Shown here one piece after another: positions 42,023 to 55,429 of a DNA stretch of 64,000 nt. The stretch spans positions 70,432,001-70,496,000 of the forward strand of contig OX597828.1 in the NCBI GenBank assembly GCA_951406725.2. The letters run 5' to 3'. The position numbers and the translations under genes were made by a program. The notes beneath the pieces were generated by a model. The model worked only from the letters and a program-made list of their open reading frames with translations. It made no database searches and was not told where the DNA came from. Positions within the stretch are counted from its first letter, which is position 1. Each line of letters begins with the position of its first letter. Source of the DNA: Octopus vulgaris. Lineage: Eukaryota.

Positions 42023-42517
42023 TGTATAAATATGTATGTGTATGTATGTATATGTGTATATAAACATGCACACACATATACACACACACACACACATATA
42101 TATGTGTGTGTGGCGTGTGTACATGCATTTATGTATGTTTATATATTCTTGTGTATATACATTCATATATATGTAAATATATCTATATATAGGTATGTAT
42201 GTATATTTGTATTTAATTGAAGACGACTCTTCAAGATTCCAACTTCATCTGGTTCGGGCTTCACAAAGAACCAAGACAAATTGCATTACTTAAAGTTTCA
42301 GAGAATTCAGTGAAGCAAATCCTTTTCAATCCTTAAAGAAGGGTGGTCGTGATGGAACGAATGATCAGCATTCTTATTACATCTCACTTCTGTGACTCTT
42401 AAAGTAATGTGATTCTCAGTTAAATAGTTAATATGAATAAATGTAAAAAAACTTTGAAACATTTTGGAGTGATCTTGTCTTTCATTTCTACACCTTTATC
42501 CATTAATATATACATAC

Positions 42518-42564
<47 letters not shown>

Positions 42565-43565
42565 GAACAAAACACCTTTTATCAATTCAAAATGAACAAT
42601 TAAATTACGCCATCTAGAAAATTACATATAATAGAAATATTAAAATTAAAATAACAATAAAATATCAATGATTAAGTAAATTACAAAAAAAATATATATT
42701 GTGTGAAATTTGATTTAGTTTTTCTAAATTGAATTTTTTTCCCTGTAAGTTTGGATTTATATTCCCTCAAATAATAATAATAATTATATGCATATATATA
42801 TATACACACACACAAGCATATATATATATAAACAGTTAACCACATGTGTAATGAGAAAAGAAATAGACTTGTATATCAATGAAACAAAGGAATATAATTA
42901 ATGTTATACAAACATGGAATGTTCACTTACAGTACTTGAAGTTTCCCAGCAAGCCATGGGTGTCAAGTTTTGGCAGTCAATGCATATGCCACAATTCATC
43001 AGTTGTTGTGTGGCATATACATACATGCATACATACATATATACATACATACATATACACATGTATATACATATACATGTGTATATGTATGTATATCTTC
43101 ACTCACTGTAGCATTGAGTACACTTGATGGACTGCTGCTGCTATTTCTACTGTTGTGTGTGTGTGTGTGTGCACGCGTATGTGTGTGTGCGTGTGTGTGT
43201 TTATTCAACTCTAGTTATAGACTTGGAAACTTTTCCATAATCTAGATTAAATCCACAGAAAGAAAAGACAATTTGAAAAAAAAAAGTTCTAACAAAATTT
43301 TCTGTTAAGATTAAAGATTAAAGATTCAGTGAAAATTGATGTTATTATTTTTTTCACTAGTGATTTTAAATATTGTTCTGAGAAGATTAAAGGTTTTTGC
43401 AAAGTTGTTTTTCATCTGGGAAGTTTAATGATTTTTCTCATAAGATTAAAGAATGGTCTCAGAAGATTCTTGGAAAATATGTCTACATGTGTTTAAGATA
43501 TTTGTTATTATTTGCATTTCTAGCTTGGAATGAGAGGGTTGGGGATTAGCAGAAATATATAAGAC

Positions 43566-44077
43566 CAGTAGTCCTTAACTAGGGTCCATATGGTCCTTGG
43601 CAGGGTCCACATAAGGTTTTTGTTGCTAAAATTTATCTCCAATAAATTACTTAAACTTCTACAATACACAAAATTTTCTAACAATTTTTTAACACATTTC
43701 CTAAGAATATTTAATTAATTTAATTATAAGGTGGCAAGCTGGCAGAGTCATTAGCACACCAGGCGAAATGCTTAGCGGTATTTTGTCTGTCTACGTTCTG
43801 AGTTCAAATTCCACTGAAGTCAACTTTGCCTTTTATCCTTTCAGGGTTGATAAATTAAGTACCAGTTGCATACTGAGGTCGATCTAATCGACTGCCTCTC
43901 ACCCTCCCCCAAAAAAAATTTCAGGTCTTGTGCCTAGAGTAGAAAAGATTATTTAATTATAAACACATAATAGGATTTTAGTTAAACACTGAATGCCTGG
44001 GGGCGGGGGGGGGGGCGGTCCAGCACAGTAAAATACAAATCAAAGGAGTTCATAAGTTAAATGGTTGGGAAACACTG
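43566..44077. mobile_element. Old hAT-Charlie-like MITE carrying a SINE-B insertion (43728-43947)
   Basis: Ends cagtagtccttaac / gttgggaaacactg resemble CAGTGGTTCCCAAC-type TIRs. No TSD is recognisable. Confidence 0.5.
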
Positions 44078-45157
44078 GATTAGTAATGTCAGTGAAAATA
44101 TAATATTTGCTATGGCTCCTAACTTCCCAAGTTCAAATTTTGCTGAGGTCAACGTTGCCTTCCATGTTTTTGGGGTCAATAAAATAAAATCCCTATCAAA
44201 TGTTGCAGTTGATGATATCAACTTTTTTCCCTTAAAAATGCTGGCCTTGTGTCTAAATCAGGAAATTATTATTATTTATATCTTAAGTGTACCCTTGTTT
44301 TGAAAGTGACTTGAGGACCTCACAGAAATCTTGAGCAGACTGTTCCTCGTTAATGAAACGATCTAAAATTAATTTTAAAATACACCCAAGATTAACAAGA
44401 ATGTTCAATGGCCATGCCCCAGTATGGTCGCGGCTCTCAAACTGAAACTAATTAAAAAGTTAAAGAGAATGCATGCAGGGTCAACATGTAGGTTTAAGGT
44501 TGATAAATATGCTTCGAGTTGAGATGCTAAGTGGACATGACTTGGCTTTCATTTGAACTCATGAACAGGATTTTAGTGTCTTTTCAATTGGTGCTCTTCA
44601 ATTTGATTTTCTCAGTAAGTGTTTTTAAAAAAAAATTTTTAATTAAATTAAAAAAATTAAAATGCTGGGTTTAGTCTTCAAACTTATAAAATAGGAGATG
44701 GATTCTCTATAATAATTATGATAATTATAATAATAATAATAATTACAATGGTTCATTATCTAAATTGAAATGTTGGTGTCACATTTTACATTTTAATTTA
44801 TAGAGAAATAATTTCTTATGACTGGCAGAGATTCCTTGAAGCAGGAAAACCATGAAATTAATTCAATCAGGAACTCTCTAAACTTAGAGTATGATAAAAG
44901 GGTTTCTAGAAAACAATTGTTATCTCCCTTGAAAATAGTGGCTTGACACAAAATGGATATTTTCCTGTCATAACTGATTTATTGACTTCTATAGAAATAG
45001 GCAGGCAGGGAAGGGGTGGGGATAATGTTATTTGGTGATGTTCATTCCTTTCCGTAAGTGTATTAAATCATTGTAAATGAAGTGATGTTAAGTGGTATCT
45101 AGTCAGGATTGAAACCGCTATTTACATCTTCATATCCCTGAAGTTTACTTCCTCTGC

Positions 45158-45543
45158 TACTATATTTACTGGTGTATAAGTCACACCCTTAACTCTTTCG
45201 TTACCAGCCTGGCTGAAACCAGCTCTGGCTTTCAGTACTAATGTCTTGATTTCATTAGTTTTGAATTAAAATCTTTCACCAAACCTTAGTCAGAATTTAT
45301 GCTGAATGATAACTAAGTTATTTTTACTGAATTCTTTGTTATATTTAAAGTACTTAAAAGAAACACAGAACCTCTCAAAATAATTACAGTAACGAAAGGG
45401 TTAATTTAGTGTTAAATTTTGGGGCAAAATCTTTTTCCCCTTTATAGTTTTAGCTTTGCCCTATGTGTAAGTCACATCCCTAACTTTTTTATGTTAGATT
45501 CAACTAAAAAAATAGTGTGACCTATACACTGATAAATATAGTA
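45158..45543. mobile_element. Tc1/mariner (pogo/Tigger-like) MITE
   Basis: TIRs tactatatttactggtgtataagtcacac / gtgtgacctatacactgataaatatagta with TA ends. Confidence 0.8.
45193..45400. mobile_element. piggyBac-type MITE nested in the Tc1/mariner MITE
   Basis: TTAA at 45189-45192 and 45401-45404, with TIRs ctctttcgttac / gtaacgaaaggg. Relatives lie at 21457-21650, about 9815-9940, 10240-10405 and 31575-31780. Confidence 0.8.
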
Positions 45544-46042
45544 AAATGTAAAGTTAGTGAGTAAAGTGTAAACTATGTTGTTTGAATCCAGTTCACCTCA
45601 TTTACACTGAAAATGCCCTGGGAAAAGCTATAGACATTACAATAACTCCATTAAACACACACACACACACACAGCCTTTGTGCCTGGTTGATATATATAT
45701 ATATATAATTACCGTGTTTTGTTTGATAAACAAAAATAACATTTTTTCCTGTCAGTTTCATTAATAGATTTATCAAATATAAAATCCAAACCAGAATTTT
45801 ACCAACTTCCTATCATGTTATTTATTATCTTCAGCATTTCTTCATAATTCTTGCCTCTAAATCATAATTCTGAATTTTTGGAAATAATTCTAAATTCCTG
45901 TTTTGTTTTTGTTTTCTTTTATTATTATTATTTTTGTTTAATAAAGCTAACTTATATAACAATATATAAAACTAAATCAATTTTCCATTCTTGCACAAAT
46001 AGATTTTTATTATTATCATTATTATCATCATCATCATCATCG

Positions 46043-46079
<37 letters not shown>

Positions 46080-46092
46080 CATCATCATTATC

Positions 46093-46572
46093 AAGGTGGC
46101 AAGCTGGCAGAATCGTTAGCATGCTGGGCAAAATGCTTAGTGGCATTTAGTCCATTTTTAAGTTCTGAGGTCAGCTTTGCCTTTCATCCTTTCGGGGTCG
46201 ATAAAATAAGTACCAGTTGTGCACTGGGGTCAATGTAATCGACTCACCCACTCTCCAAACTTGCTGGCTGTGTGCCAAAATTTGAAACCATTATTATAAT
46301 TACTATTATTATTATTAATATAATTATTCTTATTACTATTATTATTATTATAACCAAGGGCAGTGAGGTGGCAGAATTGTTGGCTCATCAGATCATTTTC
46401 AGCAGCATTCCTTCTGGCCGTTTACATTCTCAGTTCAGATTCTGCTGAGGTCAACTTTGCCTTTTATCATTTTGTCAGGGTCAATAAAAAAAAAAAAGCC
46501 CAGTCAACTACTGGGGTCGATATAATCGATTATCCTCTTTTCCTTGAAATTGCTGGCCTCGTGCCAAAAATT
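46093..46572 (+). mobile_element. Two SINE-B copies (46093-46290 and 46360-46572) separated by (TTA)-rich DNA
   Basis: Homologous to 20800-21032. Confidence 0.8.
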
Positions 46573-46739
46573 TGTTACAGTTAATTGTTATTTTTATTAT
46601 TATGTTCAATTAAAAAAAATAACTAACTAAAGCATGTTTTTCTCTCAAACTAACCTCTTTTGACTTGCTATTGGTTCCTATCACTATTCTCTCTCTTTTT
46701 CTCTCTCTCCCTCTCTTTTACACACATGCACACACACAC

Positions 46740-46810
<71 letters not shown>

Positions 46811-47066
46811 CATACAAACAGAATCTATTGGCTCAGATCGGATGTTGCAGAAGAGAAGGTTGTCGGGTTTTTTGTCATCTTTTCCATTCTTTCTAGAAAA
46901 TTCTTTACCTTCTCAAATAACTGATCTTAGCAGAAAAACTTTCATGAACCAATGGTTTCTATTTTAAAATATTGTTTATTTTAAAAAATATAAAAATAAT
47001 TCTCAAAATATCTCAAGTGTCAAAGCAGGGCTATTTGGCATTCTTTAATAAATACTTAGCTATTTC

Positions 47067-47116
<50 letters not shown>

Positions 47117-47539
47117 CATGTATATTTATATATATATATGTATATTCATGTATAAATATATATATATGTAATTGTGTGTATATACATATGTATATATGTG
47201 TGTAGATATATATGTATATACATGTGTGTAAATATATCTATGTGTAATAAATGTGTGTGTCTGTGTAAAATTAAATATATATAATTGGATTGAGTTATTT
47301 CTAATTGTAAGATAAATTGTTTCAAAACTCAGGTGATGTTTGTTGTTGTTGTTAATATTCTTTAATTGCTTTTTATCGGTATTTATCCATACCTTTCTAT
47401 CATTCATCAGTCAAATACTATCTGCACATATCCGTACAACACATTTTTCCAGAGACTATTTTTCCTACGTTTAAAAAGGTGAATCTTTCCCGAAATATAA
47501 AATCAATAAATGACCCATTTATATATATATATATATATT

Positions 47540-47870
47540 GGCTTCCGTGTCGGTGGCACGTAAAAACCACCAACCAATTGTGGCCGTTGCCAGCCTCCCT
47601 TGGCACCTGTGCCTGTGGCACGTAAAAAGCACCATCCGTACGTGGTCGATGCCAGCGTCACCTTGACTGGCTTCCGTGCCGGTGGCACGTAAAAAGCACC
47701 CACTACACTCACGGAGTGGTTGGCGTTAGGAAGGGCATCCAGCTGTAGAAACACAGCCAGATCAGACTAGAACCTGGTGCAGCCTCCAGGCTTCGCAGAC
47801 CCCGGCCGAACCACCCAACCGATGCTAGCATGGAAAACGGACGTTAAACGATGATGATGATGATGATGAT
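47540..47870 (+). mobile_element. SINE-C / (GAT)n-tailed retroposon with three ggcacgtaaaa subrepeats
   Basis: ggttggcgttaggaagggcatccagctgtagaaac...agcatggaaaacggacgttaaac(gat)n. Decayed relatives lie at about 1040-1257, 27200-27400, 28200-28275 (-) and 56600-56825. Confidence 0.75.
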
Positions 47871-48487
47871 ATATTATGGATTGGTAAGTAGTCATGTTTA
47901 CAATGGGAGAAAAATCTACAGAATGCATAAATTAGAGTGTGCATATTCTATTGGAAACTGGAAGTTTTGGGATCGTACTTCTGAAATTCCCATTTACGAT
48001 TGTTCAATGATTGAAATAAAAAAGTAGCATGATAATATATAAGCAAAAATATTTGCAAAGACATTGAAATGTGACCAGTGAACTGCACAGGGAGATTCTA
48101 TTGACAGTACCCCGCTAAAAGAGCTCTAAGTAAAATGTATCACGTATTCATCTATTCATTACCCTATACTGTGTAATAACGTGTTCACGCGTCCATGACT
48201 GCAGTATGATATGCGAATGACACTTAGGAGTAAGGGAAGCAACACTTGTTGAATTTTCAGTATTCATGAATAAATTAATGTTCTTTTTTTTTTTAATTAT
48301 AAGTGATTATATGATTACCTTCAGAGCATGCCACACCCAATGTTAAATTGTATAAATTTGGAAATTTTACAGTAAAAAGCGATGGAAATGTCTGCAAAAC
48401 ATGGGAAATTCCGATTACAGCAAAAAGTTGTAATAGAATGTTTCTCTTTGAGAGATGCATCTTAAATTGTGGACCAATTGTCAATAT

Positions 48488-48887
48488 TCTTTTCTACTCT
48501 AGCACAAGACCCTAAATTTTTGGAAGAGGAGGGGCCAGTCGATTAGATCTACCCCAGTACGCAACTGGTATTTAATTTATCGACCCCGAAAGGATGAAAC
48601 GGAAAGTCGACTTCGGTGGAATTTAAACTCAGAACGTCAAGGCAGACTAAATACTTATTTCTTTACTACCCACAAGGGGCTAAACACGGAGAGGACAAAC
48701 AAGGACAGACATAGATATTAAGTCGATTACATCGACCCCAGTGCGTAACTGGTACTTATTTAATCGACCCCGAAAGGATGAAAGCAAAGTCGATTTCGGC
48801 GGAATTTGAACTCAGAACGTAACGGCAGACGAAATACCGCTAAGCATTTCGCCCGGCGTGCTAACGATTCTGCCAGCTCGCCGCCTT
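48488..48887 (-). mobile_element. Dimeric SINE-B (full unit plus a headless second unit) inside a single TSD
   Basis: Two Meta-like cores (about 48550-48640 and 48730-48820). Flanking direct repeat accaattgtcaatat (48473-48487) / accaatcctcaatat (48888-48902). Confidence 0.8.
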
Positions 48888-49899
48888 ACCAATCCTCAAT
48901 ATCGCCAATATTATCAGCTTTTACATTCCAGATATATTTAGAAAGTGAAGTGGCAACGCATCACTCAGTGTGAATGTATGCCTGTGCTGCAAGAATCGCT
49001 TCTTCAAACGATTTCCAAGAGTGCTCTGTGAATATGCTCCGTTATCTGCAAGGAAATAAAAGTTACTAATAAACTAATACTCTAGAAAGACACAATTAAC
49101 GTCGAGAGGGGAGACGTTAGTGTTGTTGTGATTGCAAAGGGGAGAAAGAACAGTGTAGTTTCACTGGCAAAGGTTTGCGCTGTTTACGAAAACAGTAGGC
49201 CTTTTGTGCAATTACAGGTCACGTTAACGTAATTTCTTTTTATCAAATATGACATCTGTTAAGGAATTCATGTTATAAGGGTTAGTTAAGTCCTCGCAAC
49301 ATTAGAACGAACCTTTAAACAAGACGAGGGACAGAACAAATAAGCTTACGTTTCCTATTTTTTACGTTTATGAACATCATGTGATGTAATGTCAGCAGTG
49401 TAGTCTCTCCGTGTCTGATATTTACACGTGGAGAGAGTATTCTTCTCAATGGAACAGAAATAGGGACAATGCAGAAGAAGATTTAAGATCATGGTACATA
49501 CATCCGCCTTCCATGTGGGCTCAGAACATTTCATGACATGAGCCAAAAAGAACCACACTTTCACACACACGCACACACACACACACGCTCACACACACGC
49601 TCACACGCACACACACAACGCGTAAACACAGCCTGAAAGATTACTTTAAGATACATGGCGTATTTTATGAATATGCCCGTTCAAGTATCATAATAGCATG
49701 AAACTATTGATAGCTCTTTCGGTTGTGTATTTAATTTGATATGCATGTGTGTGTGAGTGTGTATGTATGCGTGCGCGTGCACGTATGTGTGTGCATGTGT
49801 GTGTTTTATGTGTATATATATATATATGTATGTGTGCGTGTGTGTTTTATGTATATATATATATATATATATATGTGTGTATAAATGTATATATATATA

Positions 49900-49936
<37 letters not shown>

Positions 49937-50258
49937 ATGTACACTCTTACACACACACACATACACACACAAATATGGACAGGTAAGGTTAAATGAGTTT
50001 TGTCTTCACAGCAGAGAAGAAATGACAGTTGACTGACGAAATAAATTAAAGGAAAAAGAAAAGAGAAAAACATCAGAATTTCCCGAACCACAAAAATATG
50101 TAATAAGAAGATTGGACAAAAATAACATTTGCACTTAGAATAAGGGTTATGTATTTTATATAAGTGTATATGTATATATATTATACTAGATATAGACAGA
50201 TAATATAGTTATAGATATAGTTATAGATAGGTAAATAGATGTAGGTATAAATAGACTA

Positions 50259-50316
<58 letters not shown>

Positions 50317-50460
50317 ATGTATATCTGCGCGTGTGTGTGATTGTGCAGTTGATTGCGTAATGAATAGCTCTGTTCTAACCTTGAGCAGTTCGGCTTCTCA
50401 AAGAGTGAATAATGATAGTTAATTGACATTTTAAACATTCCTGCAATTAGAGGAAGCGTG

Positions 50461-50509
<49 letters not shown>

Positions 50510-50658
50510 CTCTGGTAATAGGAACCTGATTCATCGAGCATTCAGTGGTGAGGAACCAACAATAGACTCTTTCTTCTCGGCACCGGGAATGCTCATTGTT
50601 GTAAATATTTCAATATATATTAATCAAAGATACACACACACGCACGCGCACACATATG

Positions 50659-50738
<80 letters not shown>

Positions 50739-50818
50739 TATATACACATACATACATACAAGCATATATATATATACATACATACATACATACATATATA
50801 TATATATATGCTTGTATG

Positions 50819-50866
<48 letters not shown>

Positions 50867-50993
50867 CATATATATACGTAAATATATACATATATGTGTG
50901 TGTGTATATATATATATATTTGCATATATACACGTATCCTTACATAGGGGTATGCATACATCTCTCCTTTCTCTCTCTCCCTCTCCCTCTCTC

Positions 50994-51030
<37 letters not shown>

Positions 51031-51062
51031 GTATATATATATACACACACACACACATATAT

Positions 51063-51295
51063 AGTGGAAGCGCATGGTTCACTGGTTAGAGCATCTTTCT
51101 TATAATCGCAAAGTTTTGAGTTCGATTCCCGGACTGGACTGAGCGATATGTATTTCTGAGCCAGACACTTCCCGCTGTTCTTGTTCACTCAACTGTAAAA
51201 ATGAGTTGCAACATCACTGGTGCCAAGCTGTGCTTCTCCTTTGCTTTTCCTTTGGACAACCTCGGTGGCGTAGAGAAGAGACACCTGTACGCATG
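51063..51295 (+). mobile_element. SINE-D-like tRNA-derived CORE SINE
   Basis: gcatggttcactggttagagc...gagttcgattccc...ctgagccagacactt...gttcactcaactgtaaaaatgag. Confidence 0.7.
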
Positions 51296-51668
51296 GGGTT
51301 CCACAGAACAACTTTACCTGGACTTTTGTTACGGATGGGAACTTTCTTGTGTTTTCCTTCCTTCATTAATGTCTCTGCTCGTTATTACGATCTTGTAAAT
51401 TTGTTTCACTTGTGCACTTTCATACAGTTCGTATGTTACTTAGGCTCCTTTATAAAGTATACCGTAGGGGTTAGATATAATTATTATTGGAGGAACAAAC
51501 TGTTTAATACATCATTATAATTTAATGTGTGTGATCCCTAGAATCAAAAGGAGGATATCCTTTAAATAAAAGGGTCATTACCAATCCGGGCAAAAGACTT
51601 CATAAGCTCAACGTTGGCTCAGCAAGGTAACAGTATTGTTGAAATTTGTAAAGAATTTCTTGTATATA

Positions 51669-52075
51669 GGCGCAGGAGTGGCCGTGTGGTAAGTAGCTTG
51701 CTAACCAACCACATGGTTCCGGGTTCAGTCCCACTGCGTGGCATCTTGGGCAAGTGTCTTCTGATATAGCCCGGGCCGACCAATGCCTTGTGAGTGGATT
51801 TGGTAGACGGAAACTGAAAGAAGCCTGTCGTATATATATATACATATATATGTATGTGTGTGTGTGTTTGTGTGTCTAAGTTTGTCCCCCTAGCATTGCT
51901 TGACAACCGATGCTGGTGTGTTTACGTCCCCGTCACTTAGCGGTTCGGCAAAAGACCGATAGAATAAGTACTGGGCTTACAAAGAATAAGTCCCGGGGTC
52001 GATTGCTCAACTAAAGGCGGTGCTCCAGCATGGCCGCAGTCAAATGACTGAAACAAGTAAAGAGAGTAAAAGAGT
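51669..52075 (+). mobile_element. SINE-A, full length, CpG intact
   Basis: Nearly identical to 6503-6915. Confidence 0.92.
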
Positions 52076-52212
52076 ATACTCGTGGCAGGGTCCGAGCTTA
52101 TAGTTTCATCGCCAGCCATTCTATATCGTAAGTCTTTAGTTATATTTCCAGTTTGACTCGTCTTTTACACAGACTGACATACAAAACAAGCCATAAATAA
52201 TGGTCTTTACAG

Positions 52213-52617
52213 ATTCTTTTCTTGGAGTAAATTTGAGTTACAGTTGTTTTTCTGATAGACATTATTGGTTCGTTCATCGATCGGTTTGCTCAACCGGTCC
52301 ATTGATCGATTGAAAAAAATCGAACGACCATAAAGAACTCATCCGAGTCATAGTATTCTGATAAAAAAAAACATACAAAGCAAAGCAATGATAAATGAAC
52401 AATACAGGTATTGTCATACCTGTATCGTTCAATTTACCGTTGTTCTGCTTGGTTCTTCATCAGAATACTGTGACTGCGATGAAGATAGCATTAGTTCTTT
52501 AAGGTCGTTCGATTTTTCTCAACCGATCATTGGACCGATTGAGTAAACCGATCGATGAACGAACCAATGATGTCTTTTAGAACCAGCCGTAACTCAAATT
52601 CACTACAATAAAAGAAT
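52213..52617. repeat. About 400-bp fold-back element with about 200-bp arms and a 4-nt loop
   Basis: Centre atacaggtat-tgtc-atacctgtat (52402-52425). Arms pair outward, e.g. ttggttcgttcatcgatcggttt / aaaccgatcgatgaacgaaccaa. Confidence 0.9.
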
Positions 52618-52629
52618 ATTTATACCTTG

Positions 52630-52677
<48 letters not shown>

Positions 52678-52746
52678 ACACACACATTTATATATGTATG
52701 TGTGTGTGTGTAGAGAGAGAGAGAGAGTGAGTGAGTGAGAGTGAGT

Positions 52747-52810
<64 letters not shown>

Positions 52811-53062
52811 TTGTATATTAATGAAATTGGATCTTTTTCGAATCGACTTTTGTTTGAAGTCTACGAACTGAAGAATTTCAACCAAAAAAATCATTTTCTC
52901 TGCTGACGGTTCTGACTAAAGATGGAAATGAATTTAGTCAGGATTTGTTTGTTTGTTTTTTTTTCTTTCTTTTCCATAACAAAGAAAATATCTAACATCC
53001 GTACATTTTACCCCAGTGTCACTTTGATGGCATGCACTGCTCTCTCACTCAACAACAACAAC

Positions 53063-53097
<35 letters not shown>

Positions 53098-53359
53098 TAA
53101 TAACAACAACAACAATAACAATAACAACAATAATAATAATAATAACAATAATAATGATAATAATAATAATAATAACAACAACAACAACAATAATAATAAT
53201 GATAATAATAATGATATGGTGATGATGATGATGATAATAATAATAACAATAAATTATGATGATGATGATGATGATGATGATGATTCTTTCTAATTTAGGC
53301 GCAAGTCCAGCAATTTTGAGGGAAGGCTGTAGTTTATTACGTCCAGTAAAAAAACGATG

Positions 53360-54770
53360 AGCACATGGCGCCATTCTAGATGCCAGATGTCCAGTTTCGA
53401 TCTTTGCTTCAACCAGTTCTGTAGCTTTGTGAAAGAGGCGATCTGGGGAAAGACCACGGTCGAACAATGATGATGATGATGGGGAAAGACGTGCTTCAAG
53501 AACGATGCCAGAACTCGTTTGCTAAGAATCTCTGCAGCTTCGCAGTGTGTCCGTGCATCAACAGCCACGGCATGCCCCAGACGCCATGCAGATGGCACTG
53601 GCAGCAGAGGGATTGCCAGAGCCATGGAGAGTGGCCCTTTCACAAGAATTTGGTATAGCAGACACTCAAGTCTGATGAGGCGTTAAACGGTGCAAGTTAA
53701 TTATAGTCAGGCAGTAAGCAATAATAGTGGCGATAAAGATTTTCGCCACCTCAAATCCACCTTTCAGAGACAGATTCCCCTTGGTCCAAGATTGATCAAC
53801 CGATCTATATGGAGGTCGGGATAAAAGCAGAACCGAAATAGTTTAACTGATTCGTCGGTGCAGCATCCCACGGCTCTGTCCGTCGGCGTGGACCGGCTTC
53901 TCTTGGTGCCAAACTGGAAACCCACCAACCTGGATGAGTTGATCTTTAGCCCCTGCCGTCGTCATTGTCCCTTTTTCCTTTAGAATGGTGCTGACTATCT
54001 CCACTTCAGTGGTATTCGATACCATGATGGGAACGTCGACCGCTTATACTAATACGGCCTCCCCCAGTCTCTGTCACAGTTCGGAAGCGATTCTGTTTAA
54101 ATGTTCCAACTTCTGCAGCATCGGCTCAAGAGCTAACTTGTGTAGAAGCAATAGGAGCAGCGCTATTGGACCGAGTGTGTTGTACGAAACGGCTCCGAGA
54201 GGTGGCCATTAACTTCGATCACCAAACAGGTGCCCCTGTGCATTGCAGCGGCCCAATTTCTGAAAGCAGGTCCGAACCTGGCCGCTTTCAAGATAAATTC
54301 AATTAACGATGGTCGACCCTCTCTGAAGCTTTCGACTAATCTAAACTGGATCAGGACCCCATCAAGGCCAGATATGTTTGAACTTTGTGTTAAGCCGAGT
54401 TATAGGAACGAAAGTTGACTACGGTCTCCTCCACGTCTTTGTTCGTTTTTCAGCTGTGTTATCACACATCGGATCACAGCACTAGGAATTCTTCCGTTCT
54501 TCTGCTATTTGTAACAGACGTCTGCCAAGAGGTCACCAAACAAGTCTGACATTAAACTTGAATACGAGAATCGACCAAACCGGGCGATTGGCACCTTATG
54601 CAACCAATCATCACCGCCCATATTTTATTTGTTCTTATTGGCTTCTCACAGCACATCGCGTCTTCTGCAGAGATCTGCGACTGGACATCAAGGGAGGCAC
54701 CGAAGTTCCACTTCCGTCCCCAAACCATCACCCGACGCGAACACATGATATTTGTTGGGACAACATTACA
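53360..54770 (-). mobile_element. Decayed Ty3/Gypsy LTR retrotransposon: 5' LTR (about 54541-54770), PBS and gag-protease remnant, truncated near the RT start
   Basis: The LTR begins TGTAATG at 54770 and has AATAAA near 54625. PBS-like TGGTGACC at 54538-54531 is complementary to a tRNA-Trp-type 3' end. The GC-richer degenerate coding DNA includes a protease-like VSNTTEVEIV...TAG and a HH-containing pre-RT segment. Confidence 0.6.
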
Positions 54771-55024
54771 TCGCGATATAGTTGTTGTTGTTGTTTAATC
54801 CAAGGTCGGTTCTGACAACGAACACCCATTATCCAAGCCGTTCCAACAGTGGCCAATCCAGTTCTTTGTATATCAGACACCATGTTCCAACGTGGCCTTC
54901 AAATTATTTCAAGATAGTAGGGTGTAATATGAGGGAGATTTAGCTGCTATTTCTCAGGTCGGGTGATCATATAGAGGCTCTCACTTTGGATCACATGATT
55001 AGTTGAAGCCGCAGATTCTGTATT

Positions 55025-55200
55025 TTAATTGGCCAATCGAAATAACTTTTTAAACATCGCTATTCAATGACGTCAGTCACAAATGTTAATAATTGTCTTC
55101 TGATTGGTTGGCTGTGGTTGTTTGACATGTGTGTGCGCGCGCGCGTTAAAAGGTGTACTGTTTTGCTCTCCTTTCATTCTCTCTCTCGCGCGCGCTCACT
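55025..55200. promoter_or_regulatory. Promoter- or enhancer-like patch with CCAAT boxes, a full CRE and GC-repeat motifs
   Basis: ATTGGCCAAT at 55028-55037, TGACGTCA at 55068-55075, ATTGG at 55103-55107, and (GC)n near 55135 and 55187, all in the CpG-retaining domain. Confidence 0.4.
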
Positions 55201-55310
55201 CAGCATACACACACATGCACACAACATATATACAGACAGACAGACAGATAGATGGATGGATGGATGGATAGATTTGTAGATAGGTGGGTAGGTAGATAGA
55301 CAAACAGATG

Positions 55311-55429
<119 letters not shown>

